64,000 nt of DNA from positions 64,001-128,000 of the IMG/VR virus record IMGVR_UViG_3300027782_000029. One strand, written 5' to 3'. The first letter of the stretch is position 1. Every line of letters begins with the position of its first letter. Source of the DNA: a virus. Taxonomy: Duplodnaviria; Caudoviricetes. The translations under genes were made by a program, and so were the position numbers. This document shows, piece after piece, positions 28,771 through 38,587 of this stretch. Below the pieces are notes generated by a model. It did not search any database. It worked only from the letters and a program-made list of their open reading frames with translations, and was not told the origin of the DNA.

Positions 28771-29171
28771 CCGAGATAAATGACCAGCCTAATCCAGACG
28801 ATCTATTTCTATTTGGAGACATAACTGACTTTGACATGTTTAAATCACAAGTTCAGACTCTTATCATAGCTCTTTCAAATGAAGTTGATAAGCGTCTTGC
28901 TGAAAAAGATAAAAGAATAGAAAAACTAGAAGAACAATTTGCTTTAATATTTGCAGGTTATGCCGAACAAGCTTCTGTCATAGAAAACCTTCTCTTAACT
29001 ATCTTTACTGATAGTCCTGAAAAAGAAAAATTGTTCAGAGAAAATCTTGCTGATTCCCGTAAGCAGTTCTTAAATTTACTAAAAGAAGGTGCTGAAGATG
29101 TATTGGCTGGAGAAGATCCACAACTTGCCGCAACCATTAAAAACGTGGTTGATCAAAAGTTATCTGAGTGA
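28767..29171 (+). CDS. hypothetical coiled-coil protein
   Basis: ATGA overlap. Confidence 0.6.
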   Translation: MTEINDQPNPDDLFLFGDITDFDMFKSQVQTLIIALSNEVDKRLAEKDKRIEKLEEQFALIFAGYAEQASVIENLLLTIFTDSPEKEKLFRENLADSRKQFLNLLKEGAEDVLAGEDPQLAATIKNVVDQKLSE

Positions 29172-29373
29172 ACCTGTAAATAATTCTTCTCTACTTATTG
29201 TAGACCCTGAGCATTACGCTTTAATTAATAATACTTATTATCTTTCTAAGATATACCCTATAGCTAAACAAGTTTATCCAGAGATAATCTCTTTGCATAT
29301 TTCTTGTTTGCCTATTTCTGAATCTCTCAGAACTAAGGTTATTTCTTTTGAATCACTTTTAACGGAGAACTAA
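29089..29373 (+). CDS. hypothetical protein (start uncertain)
   Basis: ORF fills gap, overlaps upstream gene. Confidence 0.4.
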   Translation: MLKMYWLEKIHNLPQPLKTWLIKSYLSEPVNNSSLLIVDPEHYALINNTYYLSKIYPIAKQVYPEIISLHISCLPISESLRTKVISFESLLTEN

Positions 29374-30041
29374 TGATACTTTTATCTGATATATCTGAGC
29401 CACAAGCTTTTAACCAAAATATTGTTCAAGCATTTGAAAGTATGAGCGACAAGCTTTACTTGCTTAATCCATTGTTTGGTCATTATCTTCGCACAAAACA
29501 ATATCCTGCTTTGCGGGCTTTTGTAAGTGAAATACCTATAAATTATTTTTCTGTTTCATTTATACAATCAGCTCTTTCTTCCCTTAGCTCTTCTGATATA
29601 GCTCTTGCTAAAGAGCATGCTACTTCTATTGCCGAAGGAATGGACGAACATGTTTATATATATGTTGGTTCTAAGATTTCTTTTAGGAATGAGTTCTTTA
29701 CTGAATATACTCCCAGTGCTTATTCAGCTATCTTTTCTTACTTGATTGCTAACAACTTAATAAGGACAATTGGGCCGGGTCAAAGCTCTGCTATTTTGAT
29801 TTCTTCTTCTGTATTTTCTAAAGAATTGTTTTTACCTACAGAAGTTTTTGCTGATCTTTCTAGTGAAAACTATTTAAATTCTTTTAACTCTTTACTTTCT
29901 AACTACTCACTTATTCAAAACGATAACGCTTTTTTAGCATCTATAGTTGAAAAACGTGACCAACAAATACTTGAACTTTACACTATAATAAAACAACTTG
30001 AAGATAAAAACTACGTCACTTCACAGATGACCTGGAGATAA
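29373..30041 (+). CDS. hypothetical protein
   Basis: GGAG RBS, TAATG overlap. Confidence 0.6.
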   Translation: MILLSDISEPQAFNQNIVQAFESMSDKLYLLNPLFGHYLRTKQYPALRAFVSEIPINYFSVSFIQSALSSLSSSDIALAKEHATSIAEGMDEHVYIYVGSKISFRNEFFTEYTPSAYSAIFSYLIANNLIRTIGPGQSSAILISSSVFSKELFLPTEVFADLSSENYLNSFNSLLSNYSLIQNDNAFLASIVEKRDQQILELYTIIKQLEDKNYVTSQMTWR

Positions 30042-30047
30042 AATATA

Positions 30048-30581
30048 ATGAATGAAAATACACTAACCGATAAAGAGATTGCTCTATCTATTGCAACATT
30101 CTCCCGTGCATCTTGCGCTTACTTTACTTCTGCATCAATGTTAAATGCTAGTAAAGATTATAAGTTCGCTAACACTGGTGGAGTAAATTCTTGCTCTTCT
30201 TCACAGCGGGCTCCTGAACCTGGAAATCAACACATGCGTTGTGAGTTTCCTACACGTCAAAATACTTGTGTTATTTATTATCCAGATTTTACTATTTTAA
30301 AAAAGTCTGTTTCTGAAAATTCAACTGCGTTTTATCTTTCTCGATTCAAGACTAAAACATCTTCTTATTCATATAAGATTTATGATCAGTTTTCAAATGT
30401 TTATAATACATTTGATTATGTTGATTTGGAACTTGCTAATAACTCTTTAGATCAAGAAGTTATCGTATTTTATTATGCTCTTCTTGATGAGATGATGATT
30501 AAGTATCAAGATCAAGAAATCGATAGCGAAGATCAACCTTCTGCCGTTCCAGTATCTTTTATTAAGACGTTGGTACCATAA
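30048..30581 (+). CDS. hypothetical protein
   Basis: ORF. Confidence 0.6.
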   Translation: MNENTLTDKEIALSIATFSRASCAYFTSASMLNASKDYKFANTGGVNSCSSSQRAPEPGNQHMRCEFPTRQNTCVIYYPDFTILKKSVSENSTAFYLSRFKTKTSSYSYKIYDQFSNVYNTFDYVDLELANNSLDQEVIVFYYALLDEMMIKYQDQEIDSEDQPSAVPVSFIKTLVP

Positions 30582-30582
30582 C

Positions 30583-31767
30583 ATGATGCGCTATTTTAAC
30601 TACTCTCTTTATAATAATCCTTATTTATTTAATTTGAATTACGTTAGTAGCACCAATGTAATGGATAACGTAATCCACCAATACACTACATCTCTTTACA
30701 ACCTTAATGCTGCTATTGCTAACAAGTCTAACTCTTTACTTGTTTTGGATAAAGACTACTCTCTTCTCCCTATGGCTGTTCGACATGTTTCTTCTGATTC
30801 TACATGCTATATAATTGAGCGTCCTCCTTTTCAAATCCCTGTAGATTTTTCTGTTTCTAAATCTTACAAGCATAGAAAAACTGTTAAAGCTTTAAACGAC
30901 GCTTATGTTTGGGTGCCTTGGAGTGTATCTAAGATTAGCGTTACAAATCACGGTATTCAATTTGAATTATACTTTAATGATAAGTCTATAGATTCTGTTT
31001 CAGACTATCTAATCCCTTGCTATTTTCCCAACTGTTCAAGTGGGGCTGTTTGCATGGGCCAAGATAGCCCTCAGTCTGCAGGTCTTACTCCTGACTCTTC
31101 TATCCTTGATCTTTATAATTTCTACTTTAATTCTTATTTTGCTGGTTGGAATTCAGATCTTGGAATTCAAGTTCAAGGCCTGGATTACTTTGATGATATT
31201 AAAGACGATTTAGTTTCTAATAAAAATGCTCCTAGTAATCTTGAAAGATTTATTGATACAAACGGATATCGTTTTACCAATACAGAAATTCATAAGAACT
31301 TTATTTATCTAATGTCTAAATTAGATTTAAATACTACCTTAGGTTTTGTTTCTCACCTTAAAAACCTTGCTGTTAAAAGACATGGCGATACAGGCTATCG
31401 TCACGAAGTACAGAATATTATTAAACATTCTAAGCCTTTTTCTTTGCCAGTAGAGGATTTTCTTCATAGCAATTCTTATTATTATATGAGACAGGTTCCT
31501 GGATTGTTAGAATCTTATGGTTATAAGAATGATTCCAAGAGCTTTTCAAGCATAAGAACTAATGTCACTATAACTAACTATCCTAATAGCGGTGACTTTA
31601 ACCTTCGTGCTCATATAGATAATCCTTTTATCATCTCTCAAGTTTATCTAAATCATTTTTCCAAGAAAGATGACACTACTTTTAATCATAATATTACTTT
31701 AGATTATTCTTTAATTGAACCATACATTGTACTTAACGATAGGCACTCTGATGTTAACGCCAACTGA
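30583..31767 (+). CDS. prokaryotic E2 family D-like protein (paralog 2)
   Basis: IIERPP...VWVPW...CYFPNCSSGAVCMG. Confidence 0.5.
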   Translation: MMRYFNYSLYNNPYLFNLNYVSSTNVMDNVIHQYTTSLYNLNAAIANKSNSLLVLDKDYSLLPMAVRHVSSDSTCYIIERPPFQIPVDFSVSKSYKHRKTVKALNDAYVWVPWSVSKISVTNHGIQFELYFNDKSIDSVSDYLIPCYFPNCSSGAVCMGQDSPQSAGLTPDSSILDLYNFYFNSYFAGWNSDLGIQVQGLDYFDDIKDDLVSNKNAPSNLERFIDTNGYRFTNTEIHKNFIYLMSKLDLNTTLGFVSHLKNLAVKRHGDTGYRHEVQNIIKHSKPFSLPVEDFLHSNSYYYMRQVPGLLESYGYKNDSKSFSSIRTNVTITNYPNSGDFNLRAHIDNPFIISQVYLNHFSKKDDTTFNHNITLDYSLIEPYIVLNDRHSDVNAN

Positions 31768-33028
31768 TTTTATTTTTAACGATCTTTCTGATTCTGAAAA
31801 ACCAAACTTTATTGAGTGCGTTAATCCTCCTCATGATTCTAACGTTTGGCATGATCGTGGTGATAAGATTCCTAAATCTACTATTAAATATAAAAAGATT
31901 ATTGGAAGTACTGTTCAAGCTGGCGAACATGATTATTCTAATTATCTTAATTTCTTAAATTCATATATATCATGCCAAGATGTTAGTTCTCAAGAAGACA
32001 TATTTTTTCCTGGAGTTCGATACTTGTCTCATGGTCTAGTCGTATTTGAACGTCCTCCTTCCTATAAGGTTATTAATGTAAGTCAAGACGGCAAAGATAG
32101 TATTGACGAAGATACTCTTCAAGTTGAATATTATCTACCTATTCCTTGGCAAGTTTATATCGCAATGTACAATCCAAAAGATATGCGTTTAACTTCTGTA
32201 AGAATGTACTTTACTAAGACTTCTTTGTTTGACAAAAACCAAACAGTTTATGCTCCTCCAATCTTTAACTTCTTTGGTAGTGGTGCACTTTGTAGACCTT
32301 TCTTTGAGAGTATTGATGATATTGAAAAGTATCCAAGAAGTATTTCTGGAGTTATGGCTTCTGCTTATGACTGGGTTTGGAATAGTGGATTTAACTTTGA
32401 TATAACCGAGAACTTAGCAGAGATGATTTACACTAATAAGTATGAACAGTTTGAACAATACCTCAAGACCGATGCTTCTAAAGTTTCATATCAATTCTTA
32501 AAAGATCATCCCATTAATCAGATAGGATCAAGCTTACATAGACGTCATTCTGGAGCTCTCTTGTCTGCTTGGGAACAGGTTCCTTTAGAGCATGTTTCTT
32601 CTATCAATTGGACTAATTACAGCATTTCTGATTTTATGTTTCAAGAATTTGATTACACTAATATGCGAGATGAGTTCTTTGATCAATATATTCAAGATAA
32701 TAATATAACTATAGCTGAAGAGTCAGAGTATGACTTTCATTGTGATAGCGGATGCGATTGTGAATGTAATGATCCCGACTGTTCATGCTGCGATGGTTGC
32801 GGTTGTGAACCTGAAGATTCTTCATTGACTAGAGATAATCTTTACCGTTCATCTGCTTTTAAAAGATATATCATTGATAAGTCTAGAAATACTGAAAAGA
32901 CTTTAGACTTAGCTATTTCTAAATCTATTGAATTTTTGAGAACAAATAGAATTGCTCAATCTCCTATTGCTCCTTCTTCTCTTAATTACCATATTGACAA
33001 TCTTCTAGATTCTCATTTTCCTGCTTGA
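31751..33028 (+). CDS. prokaryotic E2 family D-like protein (paralog 3) with Cys/Asp-rich insert
   Basis: VFERPP...YLPIPWQVY...VYAPPIFNFFGSGALC; CDSGCDCECNDPDCSCCDGCGC. Confidence 0.55.
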   Translation: MLTPTDFIFNDLSDSEKPNFIECVNPPHDSNVWHDRGDKIPKSTIKYKKIIGSTVQAGEHDYSNYLNFLNSYISCQDVSSQEDIFFPGVRYLSHGLVVFERPPSYKVINVSQDGKDSIDEDTLQVEYYLPIPWQVYIAMYNPKDMRLTSVRMYFTKTSLFDKNQTVYAPPIFNFFGSGALCRPFFESIDDIEKYPRSISGVMASAYDWVWNSGFNFDITENLAEMIYTNKYEQFEQYLKTDASKVSYQFLKDHPINQIGSSLHRRHSGALLSAWEQVPLEHVSSINWTNYSISDFMFQEFDYTNMRDEFFDQYIQDNNITIAEESEYDFHCDSGCDCECNDPDCSCCDGCGCEPEDSSLTRDNLYRSSAFKRYIIDKSRNTEKTLDLAISKSIEFLRTNRIAQSPIAPSSLNYHIDNLLDSHFPA

Positions 33029-33086
33029 TATTTCTTCTCCATTTTGGTAATATATACTTATATAAACTTTAAAAAAGGTATTTAAA

Positions 33087-33401
33087 ATGGCTAAAAACCT
33101 CAAATCTTCTCAACCTGTATTTAATAGATCAGAGGTTGCTAAGATACTAAACATTTCTACTTTAACTATTGCTAATAGGGAAAAGAATAAGAAATATCCA
33201 GAACCAAAAAGAGATTTAAATAATTATAGAATTTATACAATTAATGATCTTTTAAATCTTCAACTATTGACATACGATCATATTGATCCGAAACCTGTCA
33301 TATCTGTATTGTATGACAAGGGTTATAAAGACTCAAAGTTTTTAGCAGAAATTATAGACGACGCTTTGTCGAGTAGGGTAAATTCAAATGTCAAAAGATA
33401 A
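33087..33401 (+). CDS. MerR-type HTH DNA-binding protein
   Basis: SEVAKILNISTLTIANREK...PKRDLNNYRIYT. Confidence 0.75.
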   Translation: MAKNLKSSQPVFNRSEVAKILNISTLTIANREKNKKYPEPKRDLNNYRIYTINDLLNLQLLTYDHIDPKPVISVLYDKGYKDSKFLAEIIDDALSSRVNSNVKR

Positions 33402-33630
33402 CTTATTTAATATTGACGAGCAACGAGAAACTCAAGACCCTGGTTTGGTCGACGAGATAAGTGACTACGTTTCTACTGATATCATAACAGACCTTAAGAC
33501 TGGAATATATAATCTATTCTTAAGTATGATTGATCACCTAATAGTGACACATGGTCCAGTAGAAGCTGTTAATATATCTACATCCTTCTTGGATGAAATA
33601 TCAAATACCTTTAAAAAAACAACTGAATAG
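33388..33630 (+). CDS. hypothetical protein
   Basis: ORF. Confidence 0.55.
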   Translation: MSKDNLFNIDEQRETQDPGLVDEISDYVSTDIITDLKTGIYNLFLSMIDHLIVTHGPVEAVNISTSFLDEISNTFKKTTE

Positions 33631-33646
33631 AAAGTAACAAAATAAA

Positions 33647-34081
33647 ATGATTGATCCACGTAATACAATTATATTATCTGCAGGACTCATTGCTGAGCCT
33701 GAACTGATAGCCAACGGCAACATAGCTAAGCTTCGTATTGCTGTAGACTATGCTGGCAGTGAAAAAGGAGCTGGACCATCCAGTGGTTACTTTGATGTAG
33801 TCTACTACCTTAAGGACGGTTCTGAGTTTTCTTCTAAAAATGCAATGTTCTTGTCCAAGCAGATTACTGAATCAAAGATGAAAAAAGGATCTCAGATTCA
33901 AATAGTTGGACGCTTGATTCAAGAGCGTTGGCAGCAAGATGGCGGAAATCGCTCTAAGGTTGTTATTGTAGCTGAAGCTGTAACATATGCTGGCTCTTCT
34001 TTCCAGAAGTCAGGTGACTCTTCTGCTCCAGCAACTGCAGCTAAGTCAGAATCTTCTTTCTCCGTTCCGGATGAATTCTGA
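33647..34081 (+). CDS. ssb: single-stranded DNA-binding protein
   Basis: OB-fold pattern GL..EPEL..LRIAV..KKGSQI.IVGRL.QERWQ..G.NRSKV; acidic tail PDEF. Confidence 0.85.
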   Translation: MIDPRNTIILSAGLIAEPELIANGNIAKLRIAVDYAGSEKGAGPSSGYFDVVYYLKDGSEFSSKNAMFLSKQITESKMKKGSQIQIVGRLIQERWQQDGGNRSKVVIVAEAVTYAGSSFQKSGDSSAPATAAKSESSFSVPDEF

Positions 34082-34823
34082 GTTTGATTCTTCTTTTGTA
34101 GATAAGCTAATAGAAGAAGCTTTAGACAATACCGTAAAGCCAGTTGATCGTACTTATGGTCAACTCGGCTTTATGGAGTCTGAAGTAGTGTCTTCCATTT
34201 TCAATGCTTTAGATTCCAAAATACCAAACGCTACCTTTTTACAGGTAGTTCAAGATGCGCGTATTTCTTCAATAGCTTCTTCTAACAATTTGAAGATAAC
34301 TGATTTACATACTGTTACTCATAATTGTAGAAAGTGTGCTTTTGCTAGCCAAACTCCTCTTCTACCAAAATGGAATGTTAATAACCCAGACATATTGTTC
34401 ATAGTTGAATCTTCTTCTATGGATCAACAAGCTTCTGCTTTGTTTGTTTCTACTTTGAAAGAATCTGGATTTACTTCAGATAAGGCTTGTCTTACTTATT
34501 TATTGCGTTGTCCTACTAAAGATATTCAACAGCAATACATAGACAATTGCGTTAACTATCTTCATAACGAGATACAGATTATGAACCCTAAGCTAATATG
34601 CACTGTTGGAGCTACTACTTTGTCTGCTCTCTTAGGCATTGATGCTAAAATTAAAGACTATAAGAATAAAATAACTTGGCTTGGGTCTTGGCCAATACTA
34701 CCACTATATTCTTTAAACTATGTATTAAAAGCCGGCGATTCGGCCATTCAGTCTTTTCAGGCTGATATGAAACAAGCGTACCAATTCTGTTATAAAAAGG
34801 CAGCACAAAATGACACAGACTGA
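34071..34823 (+). CDS. uracil-DNA glycosylase family 4-like protein, degenerate
   Basis: CRKC, PDILFIVE, YLLRCP, C..YL..EI..MNPKLICTVGA. Confidence 0.7.
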   Translation: MNSEFDSSFVDKLIEEALDNTVKPVDRTYGQLGFMESEVVSSIFNALDSKIPNATFLQVVQDARISSIASSNNLKITDLHTVTHNCRKCAFASQTPLLPKWNVNNPDILFIVESSSMDQQASALFVSTLKESGFTSDKACLTYLLRCPTKDIQQQYIDNCVNYLHNEIQIMNPKLICTVGATTLSALLGIDAKIKDYKNKITWLGSWPILPLYSLNYVLKAGDSAIQSFQADMKQAYQFCYKKAAQNDTD

Positions 34824-35196
34824 TATTTGGTCAGATATATATATTGCAGATATTTCAGATGATGAAATGAATTCATTTAGGAATATTGTAATATCTGACA
34901 TAAAAGGACAAGCTTCAGAAGAAGATAAAACTATTTTAAATAATAATCTTCAAATCTGGAACTACAATCTTCAAGCTCTTCGCAGAGATATGGAGCTACA
35001 ACTAAGTTGTCAAAAAGCAAAGACTAAGATGCAGATTCGTAATCTCAATAATTCAGATTCAAATGAACTTGAAGAGATTAACAATTTTCTTATGGAACAA
35101 GAGAAATGGCGAATGTCCGCTTTGAAGTTTTTATCTAATATAGAAAAAAAATCATTGTACGTTAAGATAATGATTTCTCAAACTCCTATTGACTAG
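34810..35196 (+). CDS. hypothetical protein
   Basis: ORF. Confidence 0.6.
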   Translation: MTQTDIWSDIYIADISDDEMNSFRNIVISDIKGQASEEDKTILNNNLQIWNYNLQALRRDMELQLSCQKAKTKMQIRNLNNSDSNELEEINNFLMEQEKWRMSALKFLSNIEKKSLYVKIMISQTPID

Positions 35197-35223
35197 TATT
35201 CTTTTTATTGATAGGATGTATTT

Positions 35224-35667
35224 GTGCTGATAACTATTGAAAATTTTGATAAATTTCAACCTTCAATGTCTGAAGAAGAATCATATCATTTTTTAAAATT
35301 CTATCAAGGATACAAAAAGTGGTTTGTTTATAATTCAGATGAAGTAGGCGTAGAGCAAGCAACTGCATTAATAGATTTTTTCTCTCAGTTTCATGGAAAG
35401 ATCCCCTTTCCTAATAGTGTTTTAGAAAAAGAATCTTATTGGTCAAATACTCCACTAGGTATATTTAAATACAGAATGCTGGATGATGGATCTTATACTT
35501 TAGTTAATCACTACAAGAATATCTCTGGGTATTTAGTTCAAGGTTTGTATTGGCAGAATGGTTTCTTTTATTTTATAAAAGACGAAACAAAAATTATTCA
35601 ACTTAAACTTTTTGTTGATGAAAATACTTTTTACGAAAAACAATACCCTGATATACTATCTAGATAA
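35224..35667 (+). CDS. hypothetical protein
   Basis: GTG start, AGGA RBS. Confidence 0.55.
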   Translation: MLITIENFDKFQPSMSEEESYHFLKFYQGYKKWFVYNSDEVGVEQATALIDFFSQFHGKIPFPNSVLEKESYWSNTPLGIFKYRMLDDGSYTLVNHYKNISGYLVQGLYWQNGFFYFIKDETKIIQLKLFVDENTFYEKQYPDILSR

Positions 35668-35679
35668 ATAAGACTTCTA

Positions 35680-35751
35680 GCCTCTATAGTTAAATGGATA
35701 TAACAAGAAACTTCTAATTTCTCGTTCTAGGTTCGATTCCTAGTGGAGGTA
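35680..35751 (+). tRNA. tRNA-Arg(TCT)
   Basis: GCCTCTA/TGGAGGT acceptor, AGAAA-CTTCTAA-TTTCT, GGTTCGATTCC. Confidence 0.9.
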
Positions 35752-35800
35752 CTACATCTTCAAGAACCCGTATAAAAATCAATAACCAGAAAGAATTGAT

Positions 35801-36139
35801 ATGTCAAAAGAACATCCAGTTATACCAGTAGATAAAAAGGAACTAGTTGAAGTCTATATGGCTTTAGAAGTTACTGACTGCTATCATATGGATGAGCTTT
35901 TTATGGCTGTTGCTACTGTTCTTTCTTTGTTGCAGACTAAAAAAGTAAAACTTATTCATTCTGAAATTGAAATTATAGATCCTGAAACTGGTGAACTAAA
36001 GTATGCGAATCAACCTTTAATGACTTGTTCTCCTACTCTTCGTGGAACAGAAGATGTTGTTTGGGGTGTCAATCATCAAGGTCAAGTTCTTACTGAAGAC
36101 AATCTCGTTGCTTATGATGTTAAGGATGATTTTAAATGA
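35801..36139 (+). CDS. hypothetical protein
   Basis: ORF. Confidence 0.6.
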   Translation: MSKEHPVIPVDKKELVEVYMALEVTDCYHMDELFMAVATVLSLLQTKKVKLIHSEIEIIDPETGELKYANQPLMTCSPTLRGTEDVVWGVNHQGQVLTEDNLVAYDVKDDFK

Positions 36140-36399
36140 CAACTGTTCGGAAACCAATATACACTAACTCTCCACTAGATAGTTCTTTTATCATTAAAGT
36201 TTCTTGGTATGAAGATGCTGAAGTTTTAATGGTTACCTTTAACACAGGATCAATCTGGACATATAATGAAGTTCCATTTGAAATATATTCTGCTCTAGTA
36301 AAGGCACATTCTCATGGTAAATTCTTTAATGCAAACATTAGGAATATCTATAGTGGCAACCGTGTTGGTTACTTTATCCCTGATCTTTTGGAAGTTTAA
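36136..36399 (+). CDS. KTSC-domain protein
   Basis: SSFI..V.W...L.VTF.TGS.W.Y..VP.EIY..LV.A.SHGKFFNANIR. Confidence 0.85.
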   Translation: MTTVRKPIYTNSPLDSSFIIKVSWYEDAEVLMVTFNTGSIWTYNEVPFEIYSALVKAHSHGKFFNANIRNIYSGNRVGYFIPDLLEV

Positions 36400-36615
36400 T
36401 GTCTAGAAGAAATAAGAGAAACAAAAAGTCTACCAATAAGTACAACTACGATAATCCTCACTATCGTAGCTATAATAAAATTGCCACCCCTAAAGACGTC
36501 TCTCAGATAGCTTTTAAAGTATTTGGCTCTCTTTACTATACTCCTAATAAATAGTTGTATTCCTCTGTCATTTACGGTATAATATTTTATAATTTCATTC
36601 TGTAAAGGGCTTTAG

Positions 36616-37230
36616 ATGACTACAATTATTGCGATTCAGGGAGATGGTTTTGCAGCAGTTTCTGTAGACTCTAGAATCTCTACTATAGATGATGGCGGTT
36701 TTGCTTCACAGATCACAACACTAGGCCCTGGATCTTGCAAGGTTGCTAAGAATGGAAAGTACTTGTTGGGTGCTGCTGGAGACATGAGAGCAATTAACAT
36801 TCTTCATCATGCATTTCAACCACCTATTCCTCCACCGGGAACTAAAGGTTCTAAGTTAGATCAGTTTATAACTACTAAGTTTATACCTTCACTGCGTGCT
36901 TGTTTTGAGAATCAAGGCTATGCAGCTCCAGAAACAGACACCTCTTCTCATATAGCAGAACACGCTTCTACTATCCTTGTTGTAATCGATGGTTGTATTT
37001 ACGTTGTTGACGGAGACTACTCTTGGACCTCAGACAACAGTAGGGTATATGCTCTTGGTACTGGATCTTCTTATGCTCTTGGAGCAATGAGTGCTATTAT
37101 GTCTAATAAGTCAGAGATAAAACCTACTCAAGCAAAGACTATGACATTAAAAGCTTTAAAGATTGCTTCCACTTTTGATCCATACACTGGTGGACCATTC
37201 GTTACTTTTATACAAGAAGAAGAAAAATAA
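36616..37230 (+). CDS. Ntn-hydrolase protease, HslV/proteasome beta-subunit-like
   Basis: N-terminal MTTIIAI, DSR, K, GAAG, ALGTGSSYALGAM, FDPYTGG. Confidence 0.8.
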   Translation: MTTIIAIQGDGFAAVSVDSRISTIDDGGFASQITTLGPGSCKVAKNGKYLLGAAGDMRAINILHHAFQPPIPPPGTKGSKLDQFITTKFIPSLRACFENQGYAAPETDTSSHIAEHASTILVVIDGCIYVVDGDYSWTSDNSRVYALGTGSSYALGAMSAIMSNKSEIKPTQAKTMTLKALKIASTFDPYTGGPFVTFIQEEEK

Positions 37231-37243
37231 TTTAAGGAGTTTC

Positions 37244-37564
37244 ATGATATCTGCATCTTGGCCTATGCCAAAATCCTACACTGCTCCCGTAAAAGAAATT
37301 TCTGAACAAGATTCTAGAATCAAAACTGCTATAGATGATTTTCAGAAAAAAGGAAAGTTAAAAGATCTTTCTGAATCTGAAAAAACTTTTCTACAAGAAT
37401 GTCTTAGTCAAGCTATGAATGAATTAGCTTCAAAGATTTTAATTAAATCTCTTATTCAAAATGTTAAAGGTGATATTATTACTCATGATTTAGATGATGT
37501 TTATGCGCCACAAGGACAAATTCCTTTTCCTCAGCCTTCCCTTTTTGGTAATTCTTCCCTATGA
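37244..37564 (+). CDS. hypothetical protein
   Basis: TAAGGAG RBS before ATG 37244. Confidence 0.55.
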   Translation: MISASWPMPKSYTAPVKEISEQDSRIKTAIDDFQKKGKLKDLSESEKTFLQECLSQAMNELASKILIKSLIQNVKGDIITHDLDDVYAPQGQIPFPQPSLFGNSSL

Positions 37565-37737
37565 ATATCAACGACCTTGAACCTACATGCATCATAGATG
37601 AAGACTGGAATCTTGACCTGTCTCACGGTCTAGACGCAGATTATCTTGTTACTGGAGAAGCTATAAAAATGTTAGTTGATCATATTAACTATATGCACGT
37701 TCTTATAGAGAATTGCCCAGGAGCTAAACATGACTGA
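37561..37737 (+). CDS. hypothetical protein (58 aa)
   Basis: ATGA overlap; not in ORF track. Confidence 0.5.
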   Translation: MNINDLEPTCIIDEDWNLDLSHGLDADYLVTGEAIKMLVDHINYMHVLIENCPGAKHD

Positions 37738-37933
37738 TCCAGACAAGACCTCTATAGAGAATGATTTATTCTTAATGTTTAAAGCTAACTTGATGGATGT
37801 AACAATTCGTGAAGATGGGGAGTGGCTTTACTCTGCTAGTGAATATTCTAAAACTCTTACTCCTGAACAGCTTGACTATATCTTGGTAAATCTAGATAAC
37901 TATCAAGACTTTGGTAATTATGAATCAGATTGA
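37730..37933 (+). CDS. hypothetical protein
   Basis: ORF. Confidence 0.55.
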   Translation: MTDPDKTSIENDLFLMFKANLMDVTIREDGEWLYSASEYSKTLTPEQLDYILVNLDNYQDFGNYESD

Positions 37934-38111
37934 AAGACTTCGTAACGAAGCTGAAGAAGCATGGCAAAACATGGATGCTGCAGACTATAGATTGTGGTTT
38001 AGTGAATACGCTGAAGCAGGAAATCTAATCAGCGAGAACGCAAACACTTCATCTGAAAAAGAAGAAATGTTTATACAAGAGTACATAGAATATAACTTCG
38101 TTAAAGAATAG
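37920..38111 (+). CDS. hypothetical protein
   Basis: ORF. Confidence 0.55.
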   Translation: MNQIERLRNEAEEAWQNMDAADYRLWFSEYAEAGNLISENANTSSEKEEMFIQEYIEYNFVKE

Positions 38112-38121
38112 CTTACACATT

Positions 38122-38304
38122 ATGACAGAGTCTCGAAAAAAACTATCTTCTAATTGGGGTCCTGAAATTGTAGTTCAATGCTGTCGTTACTGGAAGCTTC
38201 ACTGGGCAAACGGTACATGGGGTTCATGTGGAATTTGCCACAAAAAACCAACGTATGTTAATCTTACTTGGGATGACATAGATAAGGATCAAGCAGATGT
38301 CTGA
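38122..38304 (+). CDS. small Cys-rich protein
   Basis: CCRY..CGIC. Confidence 0.5.
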   Translation: MTESRKKLSSNWGPEIVVQCCRYWKLHWANGTWGSCGICHKKPTYVNLTWDDIDKDQADV

Positions 38305-38587
38305 AGAAATAGATATTGAAAAATTAATTGAAGATCGTGACAGATTTCGTGACGACTGGAAAGCAATGATTATTCAAATTGAAGACTTAACGCATGAGCG
38401 TAATAGATACAAAAAACTTGCTAAAGAGTTTTATCCTTACGTTGAAATGGAAGCTGCTCAAGCTACAATCTTGGGTCCTACTATTCATGATTGCGATCCT
38501 TCTTGTCCCGACTGTCAATGGTATAATTGGGGAATAAAATTTAAACAAAGAATACAGAATGGAGAATTCAATGAGATCAATAGCTAG
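38297..38587 (+). CDS. hypothetical protein
   Basis: ORF, CDPSCPDC. Confidence 0.55.
   Translation: MSEEIDIEKLIEDRDRFRDDWKAMIIQIEDLTHERNRYKKLAKEFYPYVEMEAAQATILGPTIHDCDPSCPDCQWYNWGIKFKQRIQNGEFNEINS

Noticed and set aside
35437-35445. Self-target of unit 13 spacer B (TATTGGTCA)
   Set aside because: Half match only; adjacent sequence does not match spacer A.
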